Source of the DNA: Glaucostegus cemiculus
Lineage: Eukaryota
Assembly (NCBI GenBank): GCA_976551045.1
Contig: CDPCPM010000073.1
Coordinates: forward strand, 26,474,001 to 26,538,000
Reading direction: 5' to 3'
DNA length: 64,000 nt
Made by a program: the position numbers and the translations under genes. A model generated the notes under the pieces. That model saw nothing but the letters and a program-made list of their open reading frames with translations. It had not been told where the DNA came from and searched no databases. Below are positions 11,990 to 26,023 of this stretch, piece after piece (the stretch's first letter is position 1; the number at the start of each line of letters is the position of its first letter).

Positions 11990-12272
11990 GAAACAGCAAT
12001 CAATCTGCTGGAGGAACTCGGTGAGTCCAACCACATCTGTGTGGGGGGGGTGTTGTTATAAAGGAACTGTTGATGTTTTGGGTCAAAACCCTGCATCAGG
12101 ACTGGCTTAAGCTTAAACCTTCAGCTATTTCCCCTCTCCTCAGTCCTGATGCAAGATTCCGACCTGAAATGTTGACATTTCATTTTCTCCCCTACAGATA
12201 CTGCTCGAACTGCTGAGATCCTCCAGCAGATTTTTTGTGCTCCAGATTGCAGCATTGGCCGTCTCTTGTCTC
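11990..12272. repeat. Palindromic pair of Penelope-type pseudo-LTR fragments
   Basis: aatctgctggaggaactc...accctgcatcaggactg (~12002-12104) is inverted relative to cagtcctgatgca...cctccagcagatt (12141-12232). Confidence 0.75.
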
Positions 12273-14239
12273 CTTTCCTAATTTGACTTTTCTACTTTAA
12301 AGATGGAAATGATTCTTAACATTGTGCAATTTGATGCCAGATTTTAATTGTAAATATGTTTTCTTTTTAACGTCACCTTTGGAAGATGGACAGTGCTGGC
12401 AATCCTGGCAGTTATTGGCCACCTTGGCTTCCCTGAGCAAGTGGCAAATAACTAGATTGCTAGGCCATCTAAGAGAAGCTTAAACCAGTTATCTTAGTGG
12501 AACTGGAGTTGTAAATTGACCATGTAAATAAGTAAGGATTACATCTTGCCTTCTAAAAGTAACAATTATTAGAGTGTCTAATTCTCTAGCTTGATCTTAA
12601 ATTATGGCTTCCTTTTCACTATGGGGGTGACTGACAGCTTGAAAAACATATATGGGGGACAAACCTCAGGATGATTTGGCATAGATGGGATACAATGATT
12701 TGAAGTACGCTGAAGTTGTGAAAAGCACCATGTAGATATAACCCTATACATTGAGGGAGAAGTGGATGTCATTGCTTGTGAAAGCTTCTGGTTGTGTGAG
12801 TAGAGAAGAGAGGGGAAAATACTTCAGGAACTCCAAGTTTTGTACACTGGGGAGTGAAAATTTTGCTACCTTTCTCATCTTGGATTATAGATTATAGCCT
12901 CTTTGTACTCATGTAGGTTTTAAATGAACAAGTTTTGACTTGGGATTTAGTTTTTCATATTTGCATTATAGAATGTCAACTGGCGTCAAAAAAACATACA
13001 TTTTCACAGGAAATGATACTTCAAGCATTTTGCCTAAAGGACATTGATGCACACAAGAGGTTTTGGCATATTGAACTGTAAATGTACCTTATTATCATAA
13101 CTCATGGTCTCCAGAGATGAGAGAGGAATTTCATAAAATTAGTATTAACCAGAATGTACCAATTTTAATTCTTACAAACCTATGCTGCTACTGACCTTAC
13201 CACCTTGAATCTTCCTTCATTCAATCACTCCTTCCTAATTTCTATTAAATATTGATTTGTGAAATATTTTGGACTTTGTTTTATATTAAATCTACCATGT
13301 AAATACAAGTTAACAATGTTTCCTCCAAACTGCTTCTGCTCTGAAACTTAGTGCTACTTTAGTCAAGTGGTTGAAGTGAAGTTGATGTTGGGAATCATCT
13401 GTATTGAAATGGTTGTCTTTGTGCTAGTTTCTAAACTTTTTTCTTACAGAAAAAGGCACTCTCAGGATGTGCAATGATTTGCTTGTGAGCAAAACTATCG
13501 GTACTAATGAAGGCAACATTGCTTTGCATAAATTCTCATTTAGTTCAAAATGAATAACGGGCTTCTAGATTGGAGCAGTAGTCTGAAGGCTAATTGAAAT
13601 GAATCAGACAGATCACGTCACTCAGGGTATGCTGCAGTCTGGAGTTGTCATCCATTGTGTGCATGATGGATGTAGTACATTCCTCCACCACTGGTCATGG
13701 TTCACAGTGTATGTTTATCCAGAAATCATGGATACAACTGGATACCAATCCTTAATGTTTGTAGCTTTTGCAGTGCCACGAACCACTGTGCATTTGAGGG
13801 AATACTGTTAAATGTGACCATCTTGTATTGATTTTCCATAACTCTCCTACACTGAACCCCCCCCACCTTTTACCCCTGCTACTGAGCTATTTTATTGTTC
13901 AAGCAGAGAAATACTGTTGAGAACTTGGAAGTTTGAAGAGTACAGTGAGGTATCACAGCCCTCCACCCCAAGTTACTATACTGGGTAGTGGCTTATGCAC
14001 AAGTAATAGAGTAGTTAGGTGTCAAGATTTTGAGGCTACCTCTCCAGTATGACAACTACTGCAGTTTCAAAATTTAATGCTATTTATTAGAAGTTTGTTT
14101 ATATTTTTCCATGAACAGTGCTCAGTTGTAAGAACTCAATAAAGAAAATACATTCCATATAAATCCAAAGTAATGTTAGTTTGAGTGGAAAGTAGTAAAT
14201 TATTTGGTATAATTAGACTTGTGACATCTTCCTTTGTGG

Positions 14240-15360
14240 TGATAGAATTGTACATCACAGAAATAGGCTTTATGTCCCACCATGTCCATGCCACCCCTTG
14301 ACCACTCTACACCAATCTCATTTAACCACATTAGGTCCATAAACTTGTATGCCTTGGTGATTCAAGTACTTGTCCAGATGCTGCTTAAAGGTTGTGAGTA
14401 TCTGCCTCCACCATCTCTTCAGGCAGCACAGTTCAGCTTCCAAATGCCCTCTGTATGGGGAAAAATTCCCTTCGGATCCCCCTGCAGCCCCATCCCACTC
14501 ACAAACATATACACTCTTGTCTTTGACACCCCCACCAAAGGAAAAATATTTTTTATTGACTACCCCATCTATCATAATGTTGCATACCACTATTGGGTCA
14601 ATCCTTGGCCTTTTCCATTCCAGGGAAAGCAAACTGAGCCTATCCAGTTTCTCCTTCTAACTGTAATGCTGTAATCTAGGCAAGGTCCTGGTGAATCTCT
14701 TCTGTACCCAATCCAGCGCAATCACACTCTTCCTGTAGTGTGGTGCCCAGAACTGCACACAGTATTTCAAAGGTGGCCTGAGTGATGTTTTATAAAGTTG
14801 TAATATGACGTCCCTACTCTTAAATCCTCTGCCACGGCCAATGCAGACAAGCAGCCTCCACCACCTTGTCCACCTGTGCTGCCACTCTTTTAGGGATTTA
14901 TGGACTTCTACCCCAAGGTTCCTCTGTTCATCAACACTTCCTAGGGTGCTACCATTTATTGTGCGTATCCTTTTGTTTGACTTCCTGAAATGCATCACTT
15001 TGCACTTGAGGATTAAATTCCTTCGGTCAGTGTTCTGCCCAACTTCCCACCTGATCTTTATCCTGTTGTAATCTTGGACAGCTTTCGTTGCTATCTACAA
15101 CATCACCAATTTTCATGTCATCTGCAGATTGCTTATCGTACCCCTGTAGTACACCACTCATCGCAGACTTCCAGTCAGAAAATAAACCCTCTACCACCAC
15201 CCTGTGCATCCTAGCACCAAGCCAATTTTGGATCCAATTTGCCAGCCTGCCCTGGATCCCATGGGCTCCAACCTCTGGACATGCCTACCATGTGGGACTG
15301 TATCAAAGGACTTAAAGTTCATGTAGACAACATCTACTACCCACATTATACTTCCTTACC
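14240..15360 (-). mobile_element. CR1-clade LINE, 5'-truncated, decayed
   Basis: Minus ORFs: KSRDVILQLYKTSLRPPLKYCVQFWAPHYRK...QKRFTRTLP; RVVVEGLFSDWK...SGVLQG...ADDMKIG. Confidence 0.88.
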
Positions 15361-17998
15361 ACCTCAAAATTGTTATGGAGTGTTTTCAGGATTGTGTGCT
15401 TATGCTCTTTAATTCTGATATTAAATCATTTGTGTTTTGTGCATCTCTACTCAGAACATTATAAGTGTAAGGACTGATATTTGTATTATTTGGAAGCATG
15501 AGTTTTTCCCACTTGCTCCAGTAATTAAGGGCCACTGATAAAATGACTGCTCTGATTCTATAGTTAACTGGTATTTTGGCAGTGTCTCAGTGAGCAGCAG
15601 AGTTGTACAATGATCCGTCCTGCCAACGTGGAGGAAGGAATGCTTCCTTTCATTCAGAGGCAGATTTTAAATTTGAATGTTACCTTGCTGGAGTGCATAC
15701 ATTCCTGACTCTAGTATGGATTACAGCATGCAGTTTACTGGGTATTGCATTATTAACATAATTATGTTGTTTCATTGTAATACAGGATATGCAGAAGTTG
15801 CTATCCTTTTAAGGGAGAACTATTATCCCATTAGACACCCAGACTATTTCAAATGAAACCTAAAACCATTGGTGGAATGTTGTTTCTGTTGAATGTCTAT
15901 GGTAACCAAGTATTGAGATGAATAACTGGAATGCCAACTTTAGCTTAAACCAAGCTGGCACAAAGAAGTAATGATGCAACATAACTGCATAGGCACACAC
16001 AAATTGCAAGTGCCAGCCTGAGCGTTTGCCAATGTCAGTTTTGAGATGCTGTGCATCATTATAAAAGCTTGCCATTTGAAGAACTTTTTTTTGTGGCTTA
16101 TAAATTCTTCTCATTAACTTTTCTCCCCCTTCCAACTCCACCCTTCCAAAAAAAAATCTGTAGAACAGTTTTTATAAAGATAATTTGGGATTAAGAAATT
16201 CCACTATAGAAGAAAAATAATGCTAGAAAGGGTGCTGTTGTTGCCTCATGTTTGAAATAGGACTACACTACCATTATATAAAATACTGATCTAAGGGTCT
16301 GCATCAGACCTCGGGCAAAGATCTGATAGTGGAAAGAATCTAAACATAGTCATTCAGTAACACTCTGACTTGGATTTTGCTGAATGTTGGTTATTGCCAG
16401 CCTCCACCATGAAGCATGGTAGTTGTGCATGTACTTACCTGAATTATATCAGCATACTGAATAAGCTGATCAGTAAATTGGAGTCGAAAATAGTTAGATC
16501 CTGTGTGCCGATAGGGCCCTGCAAGCAAAACTGATTTACATAGGCAAGCCAGGAAGCAACTCACCCAAACACTGAGAGGACCTTTGACATTCTGTGGAGT
16601 GATGTCCTTAGCTTTAGTATGAGTAAAAAATGAAAATGCTGGAAATATTCAGCAGCTCAGGTAGGCAGCATTGGTGGAAAGAGAAACAAAGTTTGTGCTT
16701 CAAGTTGAAGACCCTCCATCTGACTTCCAGAATTTTTTTTTGATTTTCCCCAGCTTCACTGTTAGTTACACTTATTAAACATTTAAACACTTAATTGAAA
16801 TATTTTAAAAGTTGAATTGCTTAAAAACATGAATTGTGTTTGCTTTCATGTTTAGATTTGGATAGGAGAAACACCATTGGCTGGGAGGATGCAATCTTAG
16901 ATTTTTTTGTTTGTTGTAACTTGAAGTGTTCATGTTTCAATTTTATGGTTACAAGTAACAAAAAATAATTTAAGGTTGTTTAAGATTAATAATTTTGTTT
17001 TAGATCTGTAATTTTCTTAGTTTCCTGGGGAATCCCACACTTTTATTTGATGCACAATGTAATTTCAACATCAAACGACCCAGCACAGTTAAATTCAGAT
17101 TAAATCTGCAACTGTGTGAACTAACCCCTCCAACTCCTGAAGAGCATCACAGTTAAGACTGTTGTTAGGGTTAGGACTGAATGTTTGCGAAGTCGATGCA
17201 GGCATACTAGAAATGTGGTTCAGACTGCCTGAATTCATTTAACAAATAGTGAATTTTTTTATGCTGAGTAATAATAACGTACAGACTCAGTGTAATTTGA
17301 AAAACGCTCCTATTACCAACCCATTTCTATTTCCTTTTCTAATTACATCAACTGTCTTGTCTTCGATCACCAGAACCTGGGTTCAGTCTAGTTTAACTCA
17401 TTTCTAATAGCTTGTTGCTGGCAGAGAAGACTGACTTTTAAATTTGATGCCCTTCTGAAGTACAACAACTTGCTTCTATCTTAGCTTTATTAGTTAACTT
17501 CCACACCTGAAAATAAACCTCATTTGCTGAAATTTTTTTTTTCAGTTTGCCATTTTATAAAAGTGACTGAACTGATGGTACTGACTTCTGTTACGTTTGT
17601 CCTTGTAACAATACCTTCAATCCTAGAGAAAACGGTATTTGTCTTGTCTGAAAGAGGAATTTTAGAAAATTGGGAATTTTCTTCCAAAAAAATTATTTAT
17701 AGCAGATTCTTCTGTGTTAAGAATAGTTTCTTTTAGAAAGCAAACTTACAGATGGTTAACAATTCCTTGTGCGAGCAATAAATATTTTCCTTGTGGAGAA
17801 GAAATGTGCTCCAAGGTGTACAGGTATAATTTTCTGTTCTACAATGGAGTGGGATTGTGCTAAGCTGTAACATGTTTGTTTAAAAACAAATGATCTTAAA
17901 GTGCTGTATTGTCCATCTTATTTTAACAGTAAAGATGAGCAGAAGGAAGGTCACCACAGTTTTTGCTATCTGAGCAAATGTGATGATTTTCTTTACAG

Positions 17999-18151
17999 GC
18001 AGATACGATGTCAATGGAGGACTTGGTGAAAATGCTTATGGTCGGAAGTCGCTGGGGCAAGAGCTGAGGGTTAACAATGTGACCACTGATGTAAGCAGCA
18101 TTCAGCATGGGAGTCGTGCTTTAGCCACAAAGGAGATGAGGAAATCACAGG
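17999..18151 (+). CDS. SMG1: SMG1 exon 3 (153 nt)
   Basis: ttacag|...|gtaagc; RYDVNGGLGENAYGRKSLGQELRVNNV...MRKSQ. Confidence 0.95.
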
Positions 18152-19025
18152 GTAAGCATCTAGTTAAAAATTACTTTTACCCAGAAAGGTATTCTGCAAA
18201 GCATCCTGAGTGCTGCAAATAGCCTATACAAGCATGGGTGAAATTAAAAAGAAAATTGAGGGCTGAATGCATGACAACATTGGGAAGTAAAGTTCATATT
18301 TTAAATGGATGTTGGAGCACAAATTTGCCGCAGTGATTAAAAATCAAAAGAATCAAAGATGCCGCAATTATAAATATTGAGAATGCTGGAAACACTCTGA
18401 TCCTCCTTCTACAGATGTTGCCTGATCTACAAAGTTAATGTTTCACCTCCTTTGTCAGAACTGGGAAATAGAGTAAGCAAGTTGGTTTTCAATAGCTGAG
18501 CTGGTTGGCAGGGATGAGCAAAGGGAATATCTTTGAGACCAAATGAGTGAATGTGGCAGTTAGAATCAGACTATGCCACAATGATATCTGGACCAAGTAT
18601 CAGATTATAAGGACTAGTTTCATAGAGCAGAACATCTATTCCTTTGTATGTAGAAGACTTCAAAGGTGATCTGTTTGAAGATGGAAGAGCTATAAGAGGT
18701 GGGCAATCTGTCCAGATAGTAAAGTCCAAAATGAGGGCATAACTTTGAAGTTGGAACAAGGCTTTTTTTGAGATGATGTGCAATAGTACTTATTTACATA
18801 AAGGATAATAGAAATTAAGTCACCAGCCTCACTAAAAAGTAATCAAAATTGATACATTTTAATTAATTTTGTTAAATTTTGTAGGGGAGGAGGAGGAGCA
18901 CTGGGGTAAAAGCACTGAACAGCCATGATCTAAATGGTAGAATTGGGTAAAGAGACTGATTAGCTGTCTACACTTCCTTTGGTTTTATTCAACTTTTTTT
19001 TTAAACTACTTTTTGCTTGTTATAG

Positions 19026-19162
19026 AGCGATCTTTATCTTATTCTGATGAGTCTCGCCTGTCCAATCTTCTGCGGAGGATTTCCCGTGAAGATGACAGAG
19101 AGCGTCGGCTGGCTACAATAAAGCAATTGAGAGAGTTTATTCAGCAGCCAGAAAACAAAGTG
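19026..19162 (+). CDS. SMG1: SMG1 exon 4 (137 nt)
   Basis: tatag|...|gtgagt; ERSLSYSDESRLSNLLRRISREDDRERRLATIKQLREFIQQPENKV. Confidence 0.95.
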
Positions 19163-19400
19163 GTGAGTTGAAAAGGAGAAAAATATCTCTTAGCATCTTG
19201 AAGGAGAGGTCAAGGTTTTTGCACTGAAAGACCAATACAGAATGCTAACATTTTTTGAATTCCTGCTGGATCTGCTAATCATTTGCAACATTTTCTGTTT
19301 TGCCAAATAGCTTGGGTGTATATTTATGGTAGGTTTGAAAATATAGGCAATTCAAATGTCACTCCAACTTTGAGTAATTGTAATTTATTTTCAATTGCAG

Positions 19401-19459
19401 GTTCTAATTAAGCAATTAGATAATGCCCTGACTGCAATACAGGATGTGCTCAATGAGAG
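19401..19459 (+). CDS. SMG1: SMG1 exon 5 (59 nt)
   Basis: ttgcag|...|gtatgt; VLIKQLDNALTAIQDVLNE. Confidence 0.93.
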
Positions 19460-19559
19460 GTATGTAAAATACAAAACTTTGCTGAAACATTTTACATTTT
19501 GAAGTCTACATCAAAATTTTTTAGCAAAGAAACAACCTTTTTATAGATGATCCTTGTCA

Positions 19560-20130
19560 TTGGATCATGTGGCACATCAACTGGCTCTTTGCCCACCACG
19601 ATCGTGCCAATCATTTTGCCCATCTACACTAATCCCATTTGCCCACATTAGGACCATATGCTTCTATGCCTTGCCTGTCTGAATGCCTCTTCATAGTAGT
19701 ATTGTATCCCACCTTCTCTGGCAGCATTTTTTAGATATAAACCACTGTGGGGGGAGGCAGGGGTAGGGAGAAAAAAAACAAAAACTTGCCCCTCAGATCT
19801 CACTCTAAACCTATGCCTTGGTTTTGATACACCTACCCTATCTATGTCCCTCCTAATCTCACCCCTTGGCCTCTTTTGCTCAAAGGGAAAATAGTCCACC
19901 CTATTGAATCTTTCCCCATAATTAAAGTCCTCCAGTCTAGGTAACAGCCTGGTGAATCTCCTCTGCATTCCCTTGAGTCCAATCACCTAGATCCTATAGA
20001 GTGGTGACCAGAATTGCACATAATACTCCAAGTGCACTCATAACCAGTGTTTTGAAAGATGCAACACATGTTGCAACTTTTATGTTATATGCTCTGACTT
20101 ATGAAGGCAAGCATGCCATATGCCACCTTT
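19560..20130 (-). mobile_element. CR1-clade LINE 3' fragment
   Basis: Minus ORF 19648-19986: MQRRFTRLLPRLEDFNYGERF. Confidence 0.8.
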
Positions 20131-20940
20131 ACCTTGTATTAAATATTATCCTCGAGTTTGTCTTAAAATTTGTTTGATTTTGTTTCTTATCAGCTGGATT
20201 TTTGGGTCCCCATAACTTATTATTTGGTGCAGGTTATGTGTGGTGATGTGGGAAAGACCCCATGAAATGAAAGTCATGCAAATATTAATTTTAATGTAAA
20301 ATAATTCAATACACTGCATCAGCTAACTATCTTTAAATGATCAGTTGAATGAGTCCTGATATCTTTTTTTCTTTGCAGTCCTGTATTGCTTCACAGCATA
20401 GCATCTGAAATTGGGGCTTGTATCATTTATTACTGTAGGTTGGTTATCCAGTGAAACATTCTAACTTTGTCTTATTTGTGGAGTGTAATGGGAGGGTCTT
20501 CACTTGAATGATTTTTCACTCTATTTCTTTAATAGACTAGGGTACTCTACTGCAAAAATGGCTTCCTAAAGTTTTTAATTCTGGGACAAATAAGGTCTGA
20601 TTAGATAATAAGCAATTTGTAATTTTCAGAAACAATTTAAAAAATTTTTTCCAAAAATAAAATGTAGATACAAACTAAATTCTGAATGGTTTCATGTTTA
20701 TTTCCTGCTTGGAAAGTGCAAAGGAATTCAGAGGCAAAATTGCTGTTGTGCAACTTTGTCATAATTAAAACATGGTGAATTCCCCACCTCAAACTGAAGA
20801 ATTATTCTGATTTGTAATTTGCCTTGTTTAAGTGGTTAAAACAATTTTCTGTGGATAGCTGTAATTCACATATCCATGTTTATGATGTATTAATTAATTT
20901 ATATACAGGTTACTAATATTCTTTAACTTGTCACTAACAG

Positions 20941-21154
20941 TAGTAAACTACTCCATGAACTACGACAAGAAGGAGCTTGTTGCCTTGGCTTGCTGTGTGT
21001 ATCTTTAAGTTATGAGGCTGAGAAGATCTTTAAGTGGATTTTTAGCAAGTTTAGCTCTTCCACCAAAGATGAGGTAAAACTTCTATACTTGTGTGCTACC
21101 TACAAAGCACTGGAAACTGCAGGAGAAAAGAAGGCATTTTCATCTGTAATGCAG
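20941..21154 (+). CDS. SMG1: SMG1 exon 6 (214 nt)
   Basis: aacag|...|gttagc; SKLLHELRQEGACCLGLLCVSLSYEAEKIFKWIFSKF...FSSVMQ. Confidence 0.95.
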
Positions 21155-21455
21155 GTTAGCTTTTAATTCTAAAATTTCATATGTATGAAATGGGAAATAT
21201 TTTGGAACATGTTCACTTTATTGTAAAAACTAATTGGTGATCATGTACTATTTGTTTTTGTTTGTTATCATGGAAATCTGGGGAAGCTTGTTCAGAGACA
21301 TGTAGCATTTGTTGCAATGATTGAACTTTATAAGAGATTGAGTGTAATCTTCACTGAGTTTCCAAAATTGAAGAATATCATTAGCTTCCAATGGATTCTT
21401 GCTATGGAATGATATCTATTTTGTTGGAACTAAATAAACTTTTCTTTCCCCCCAG

Positions 21456-21581
21456 CTGGTGATGATCAGTCTACAGACTGTTTTGGAAAATGTGGATACA
21501 CCAGAGCTACTGTGCCAGTGTGTGAAATGTATTTTATTGGTGGCTCGTTGTTATCCCCATATATTTAGTACCAACTTTAGG
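21456..21581 (+). CDS. SMG1: SMG1 exon 7 (126 nt)
   Basis: ccccag|...|gtaagg; LVMISLQTVLENVDTPELLCQCVKCILLVARCYPHIFSTNFR. Confidence 0.95.
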
Positions 21582-21654
21582 GTAAGGATAATGAAGTAAA
21601 TAACCTTTAAACGTTCTGGGAATTTTAGCTACAAATTAATAATGATGCTTTTGA

Positions 21655-21771
<117 letters not shown>

Positions 21772-21961
21772 TAATTTATTACCTGTTTTTTTTATATATA
21801 TAGAAAATAACTTCAGCTGAAAATGCTAGACTTTTTAGATGGTTTTGACAAGATAAAGATGAACATAATTGTATACACTTATAAAATATATAAAAATCAT
21901 TCAGTACAATCTAAACAAGTTAATCAATTGTATTTCATTTCACTGGAATTAATAGCATTAA

Positions 21962-22144
<183 letters not shown>

Positions 22145-22869
22145 TAGAGGGTGTATACAGGGCATTAAGTGCTTTTTTTTTTCTTTTCCTAATTGTTTCC
22201 ACTATGTCTACATAGAAATTTATGTTCAAACATTTTGATGGAAATAATGATTCATATCTTAATATTCATGAAATAATTTTCTATTGACTTTTGAAACTGC
22301 TGATTAGTAGTTATTGCAATCAGTGAAGTAGAAATGACCTCTTTACCCAATTTCAAATATTTGAACACTTTCACTTGCAATATAATTCAGTGTCTTGTAA
22401 TTTGTACAATAGTGTTAGAAAGAAAATGGCAGATGTTAGTATCACCTTGAATTTAATGATATTAGTGTTACATTGTTATTGTTGTACTCTTTGGCTTTCA
22501 GAAAATGCTGCTGACCTCTGGAAGGGACCGCAATGCCAGCTCTGACCTTAATTAGCCAGGCAAAATATGCTGCTTTATGGTCATTTTGTTTTGCTGCTGG
22601 CAGGGGTGCCATTTTAGAATAATGGAGTTGAATTTAATAAATTTACTAAGTCAAAGTTGAGGTTATTGTCATATGCACGAGTACATGATGCACAGGTACA
22701 ATGAAAAACTAGCTTGCAGCAGCATTACTGGCACTTAGCATCAGTTACACAACATTCACAAGAAAAATAAATATAAATTATACATTTTTTTTTACAAGAA
22801 AACAAAATTAAAACAAAAAATCCATTGGGAGAGTAAGTGTGTTAACTATATTGATTCTCTTGGACAATT

Positions 22870-23645
22870 CAAACAAACAATTTTAGATTGAGTGTGCAGA
22901 AAATTGGCAGATGTACAGTACAGGGAAGTGTGAAATTGTCCACTTTGTCAGGAAAAATATAAAAGCCTATCTAAATGCTAAGAGGTTAGAGGGATCTGGG
23001 TATTCTAATGCATAATTCACAAAAGATTAGTAAGCAGGTATAGCAAGTAATTAGGAAAGCTAGCAGTGTTATTTATTGCTAGTGGAATTGAAAATAAAAG
23101 AAGGCAGGTTGTGCTTCACTTGTATCCTATCTTGAGTACTGTATACAATCTTATACCTTTATTTAAATAAGGTATTGAAAGAGTTTAAAGAAGGCTTACT
23201 AGATTGAAGTCTGGAATGGAAAGGTTATCTCTTGAGGAAAGGCTGGACAGGCTAGGCTTGTATCTGCTTGAGTTCAGCAGAGCAGAATATATTGAAATGT
23301 ATAAGATACTGAGAGATGTTGATGGGGTGGATGTGGAGAGCATGTTTTCTTAGGTAGAAGAATCCTAGAAGCAGAGCCCACAGTTTTCTAAAATAAGAGA
23401 TCACCTATATAAACATAATGATTGGAAATCTTTTCTGAGAATTGAAATTCTGGAATTCTTCCTCAAAAGGCAGTAGAAGCAGACTCTTTGAAGTTTTTTA
23501 AGGCAGGGCAGATAGGCTCTTGACAGGCAAGGGTGTGAAAAGTTACCTTGGGTAAATAATGCAGGATTGAAGTTGCAATCAATTGCTTGTGATCAAATTA
23601 AATGCAGGCTCTAAGGGCCGATTGGTTGGCCTACTGCTAACTTGT
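22870..23645 (+). mobile_element. CR1-clade LINE 3' fragment
   Basis: aagtgtgaaattgtccacttt (KCEIVHF), agagggatctggg (RDLG), cttgagtactgt (LEYC); same family as 9830-11310. Confidence 0.75.
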
Positions 23646-23931
23646 ATGTTGGTATTTGTTAGTCACACCATGTAAAAATGCAGTTAATTTGTTGATGGAC
23701 CTTTTCATTCACAAGCATTGAGCAGTAGCATCAAGTGAAATGTATCTATGCCAGCAGTTTCTCTGTTATGTGGAAAAACTCTTGGATCAATGCCAGGGGT
23801 GTATAATGAAATTTACTACCAGTTTATGCTTTGGGTTTCAGAGGTGAGAAATGGTTTTATGGCTGTAGTTTTCAATCAGATGTTGTCATGGTGTCCCAGC
23901 AGTGTGTATTGGGGGATAAAAAGAACTATAG

Positions 23932-24174
<243 letters not shown>

Positions 24175-24458
24175 TAATTTTCTATTGTTCTTCATGGATT
24201 GTCTCTGACCATGGAAAATATCATTTGGAACTAGTTATTCAGTTTTAAAGAAACTATTGTTTAAAATTTAAACACCCTCAGGCTTTATTTTGGGCCATGA
24301 GTGCTATTGTTAGATCAGCAGTAACCTGCTTTTGTTTTTGAGGTCTAAAGTTTAAATAGTTTATCAAGCTTCTAATCAAAAAAAAAATGTTCACGAACCT
24401 TTACTTAAATGCTGAATTATTCTGCTTGCTTACGTTTGTGTATTTCTTTTAAATCTAG

Positions 24459-24734
<276 letters not shown>

Positions 24735-25099
24735 TGAACAATACTCTTCCAAAAATAGCTCTAACATTAATTTGGAGAATATTTATTTCTTTAGCATGTT
24801 TCACAACCTTAAGTTCTGTACAGCCAGTGAAGTATTTGGAAGTGTATCTACTGTTGAAGAGAAACTAGAGGAATCATTTTGTTCATAATAATGTCCTTGG
24901 TGGAGGGTGCAGTGGGAGGGGCGGGGTTTGGGGGGAATGAGATAAAGGACCAGGCGTCAGCCATGGTGTCGGGTGGGCTAAAGATTTTGGCCAGAATACT
25001 GGGAGAAATCCCCTGCTTTTTAAGAGAAAAAAATTGTAGGGATCTGAAAGCTCAACAGGGACTCAATTCAGCATTCACTCTTAGTTTGTGTAGGCTGAA

Positions 25100-25750
25100 A
25101 GTGAGACAATGCATTTTTTGGAGGACTAAAGGCTCGGGTACACACAGTGAATCCTGGGACCCTAGGAAGTACATGTCCAAGGCAGGCCGATAAGTTGCTT
25201 ACGGCATAATGGGACATGGGGCACAGAATATGAATGTAGGAAGGTTATTGCACAGCTGTATAAAACATTAGACCGCAGCTGGAATACCATATGTATTTCT
25301 GGTCACCGCACCACAGAAAGGATGTGATTGCATTGGAGAAGGTGCTGAGGAAATTCACCAGGATGTTGCCTGAAATGGAGTGTTTCAGCTATGGGGAGAT
25401 AGTGAAGAGGCTGGATAAGTAGGTTGGTTTCCCTTAAAGTGGAGGAGGCTGATTGAAGTGTATAAAATTTGGGGCACAGAGTAGATGATAACCAAGGTGA
25501 TTGTAATGTGAAGGCACAGATTTATGATAAATAGTAGGAGATGTAGAGGGGATGAAGATTTTTTTCTGTATGAGGGAGTGGTGGAAGCAGGTACTCTCAC
25601 ACATTGAAGTATTTAGATGAGCACTTGAAGTGCAGTGACAAAGAAGACAAAGGGCCAAGTGCTGGAAAATGGATTATTGTTGATGGGTACTTGATGGTCG
25701 GCATGAATGCTGCAGGCCAAAAGGCCTGTTTCTGTGTAGTAAGTCTCTGT
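25100..25750 (+). mobile_element. CR1-clade LINE 3' fragment
   Basis: ctgtataaaacattagaccgcagctggaatac...ttctggtcaccgcac...ttcaccaggatgttgcct (LYKTL.RPQLEY..FWSP..FTRMLP). Confidence 0.75.
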
Positions 25751-25879
25751 GCTCAAATCAGTTAAGCTGGAATCCACAATCTTAAAGTGGCAAAAGTGCC
25801 ACCAATGAGAAAGGGCTGGAACACTTCAATATTTATCGTTTAAGACAATTACTCTCTTGTGTTTTTACAAATTATATAA

Positions 25880-26023
<144 letters not shown>

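Noticed and set aside
13627-13672. Small inverted repeat catccat...atggatg
   Set aside because: The stem is short and expected by chance; no snoRNA or miRNA features.
16856-16960. Possible cryptic exon after tttcatgtttag
   Set aside because: No convincing donor and no SMG1-like coding similarity.
19460-20940. Intron 5 as U12-type (TTCTTTAACT 12 nt before the AG)
   Set aside because: The donor is GTATGT, not GTATCCTT, and a U2-like TACTAAT lies at 20911-20917. No U12 donor was seen at any of the 45 exons.
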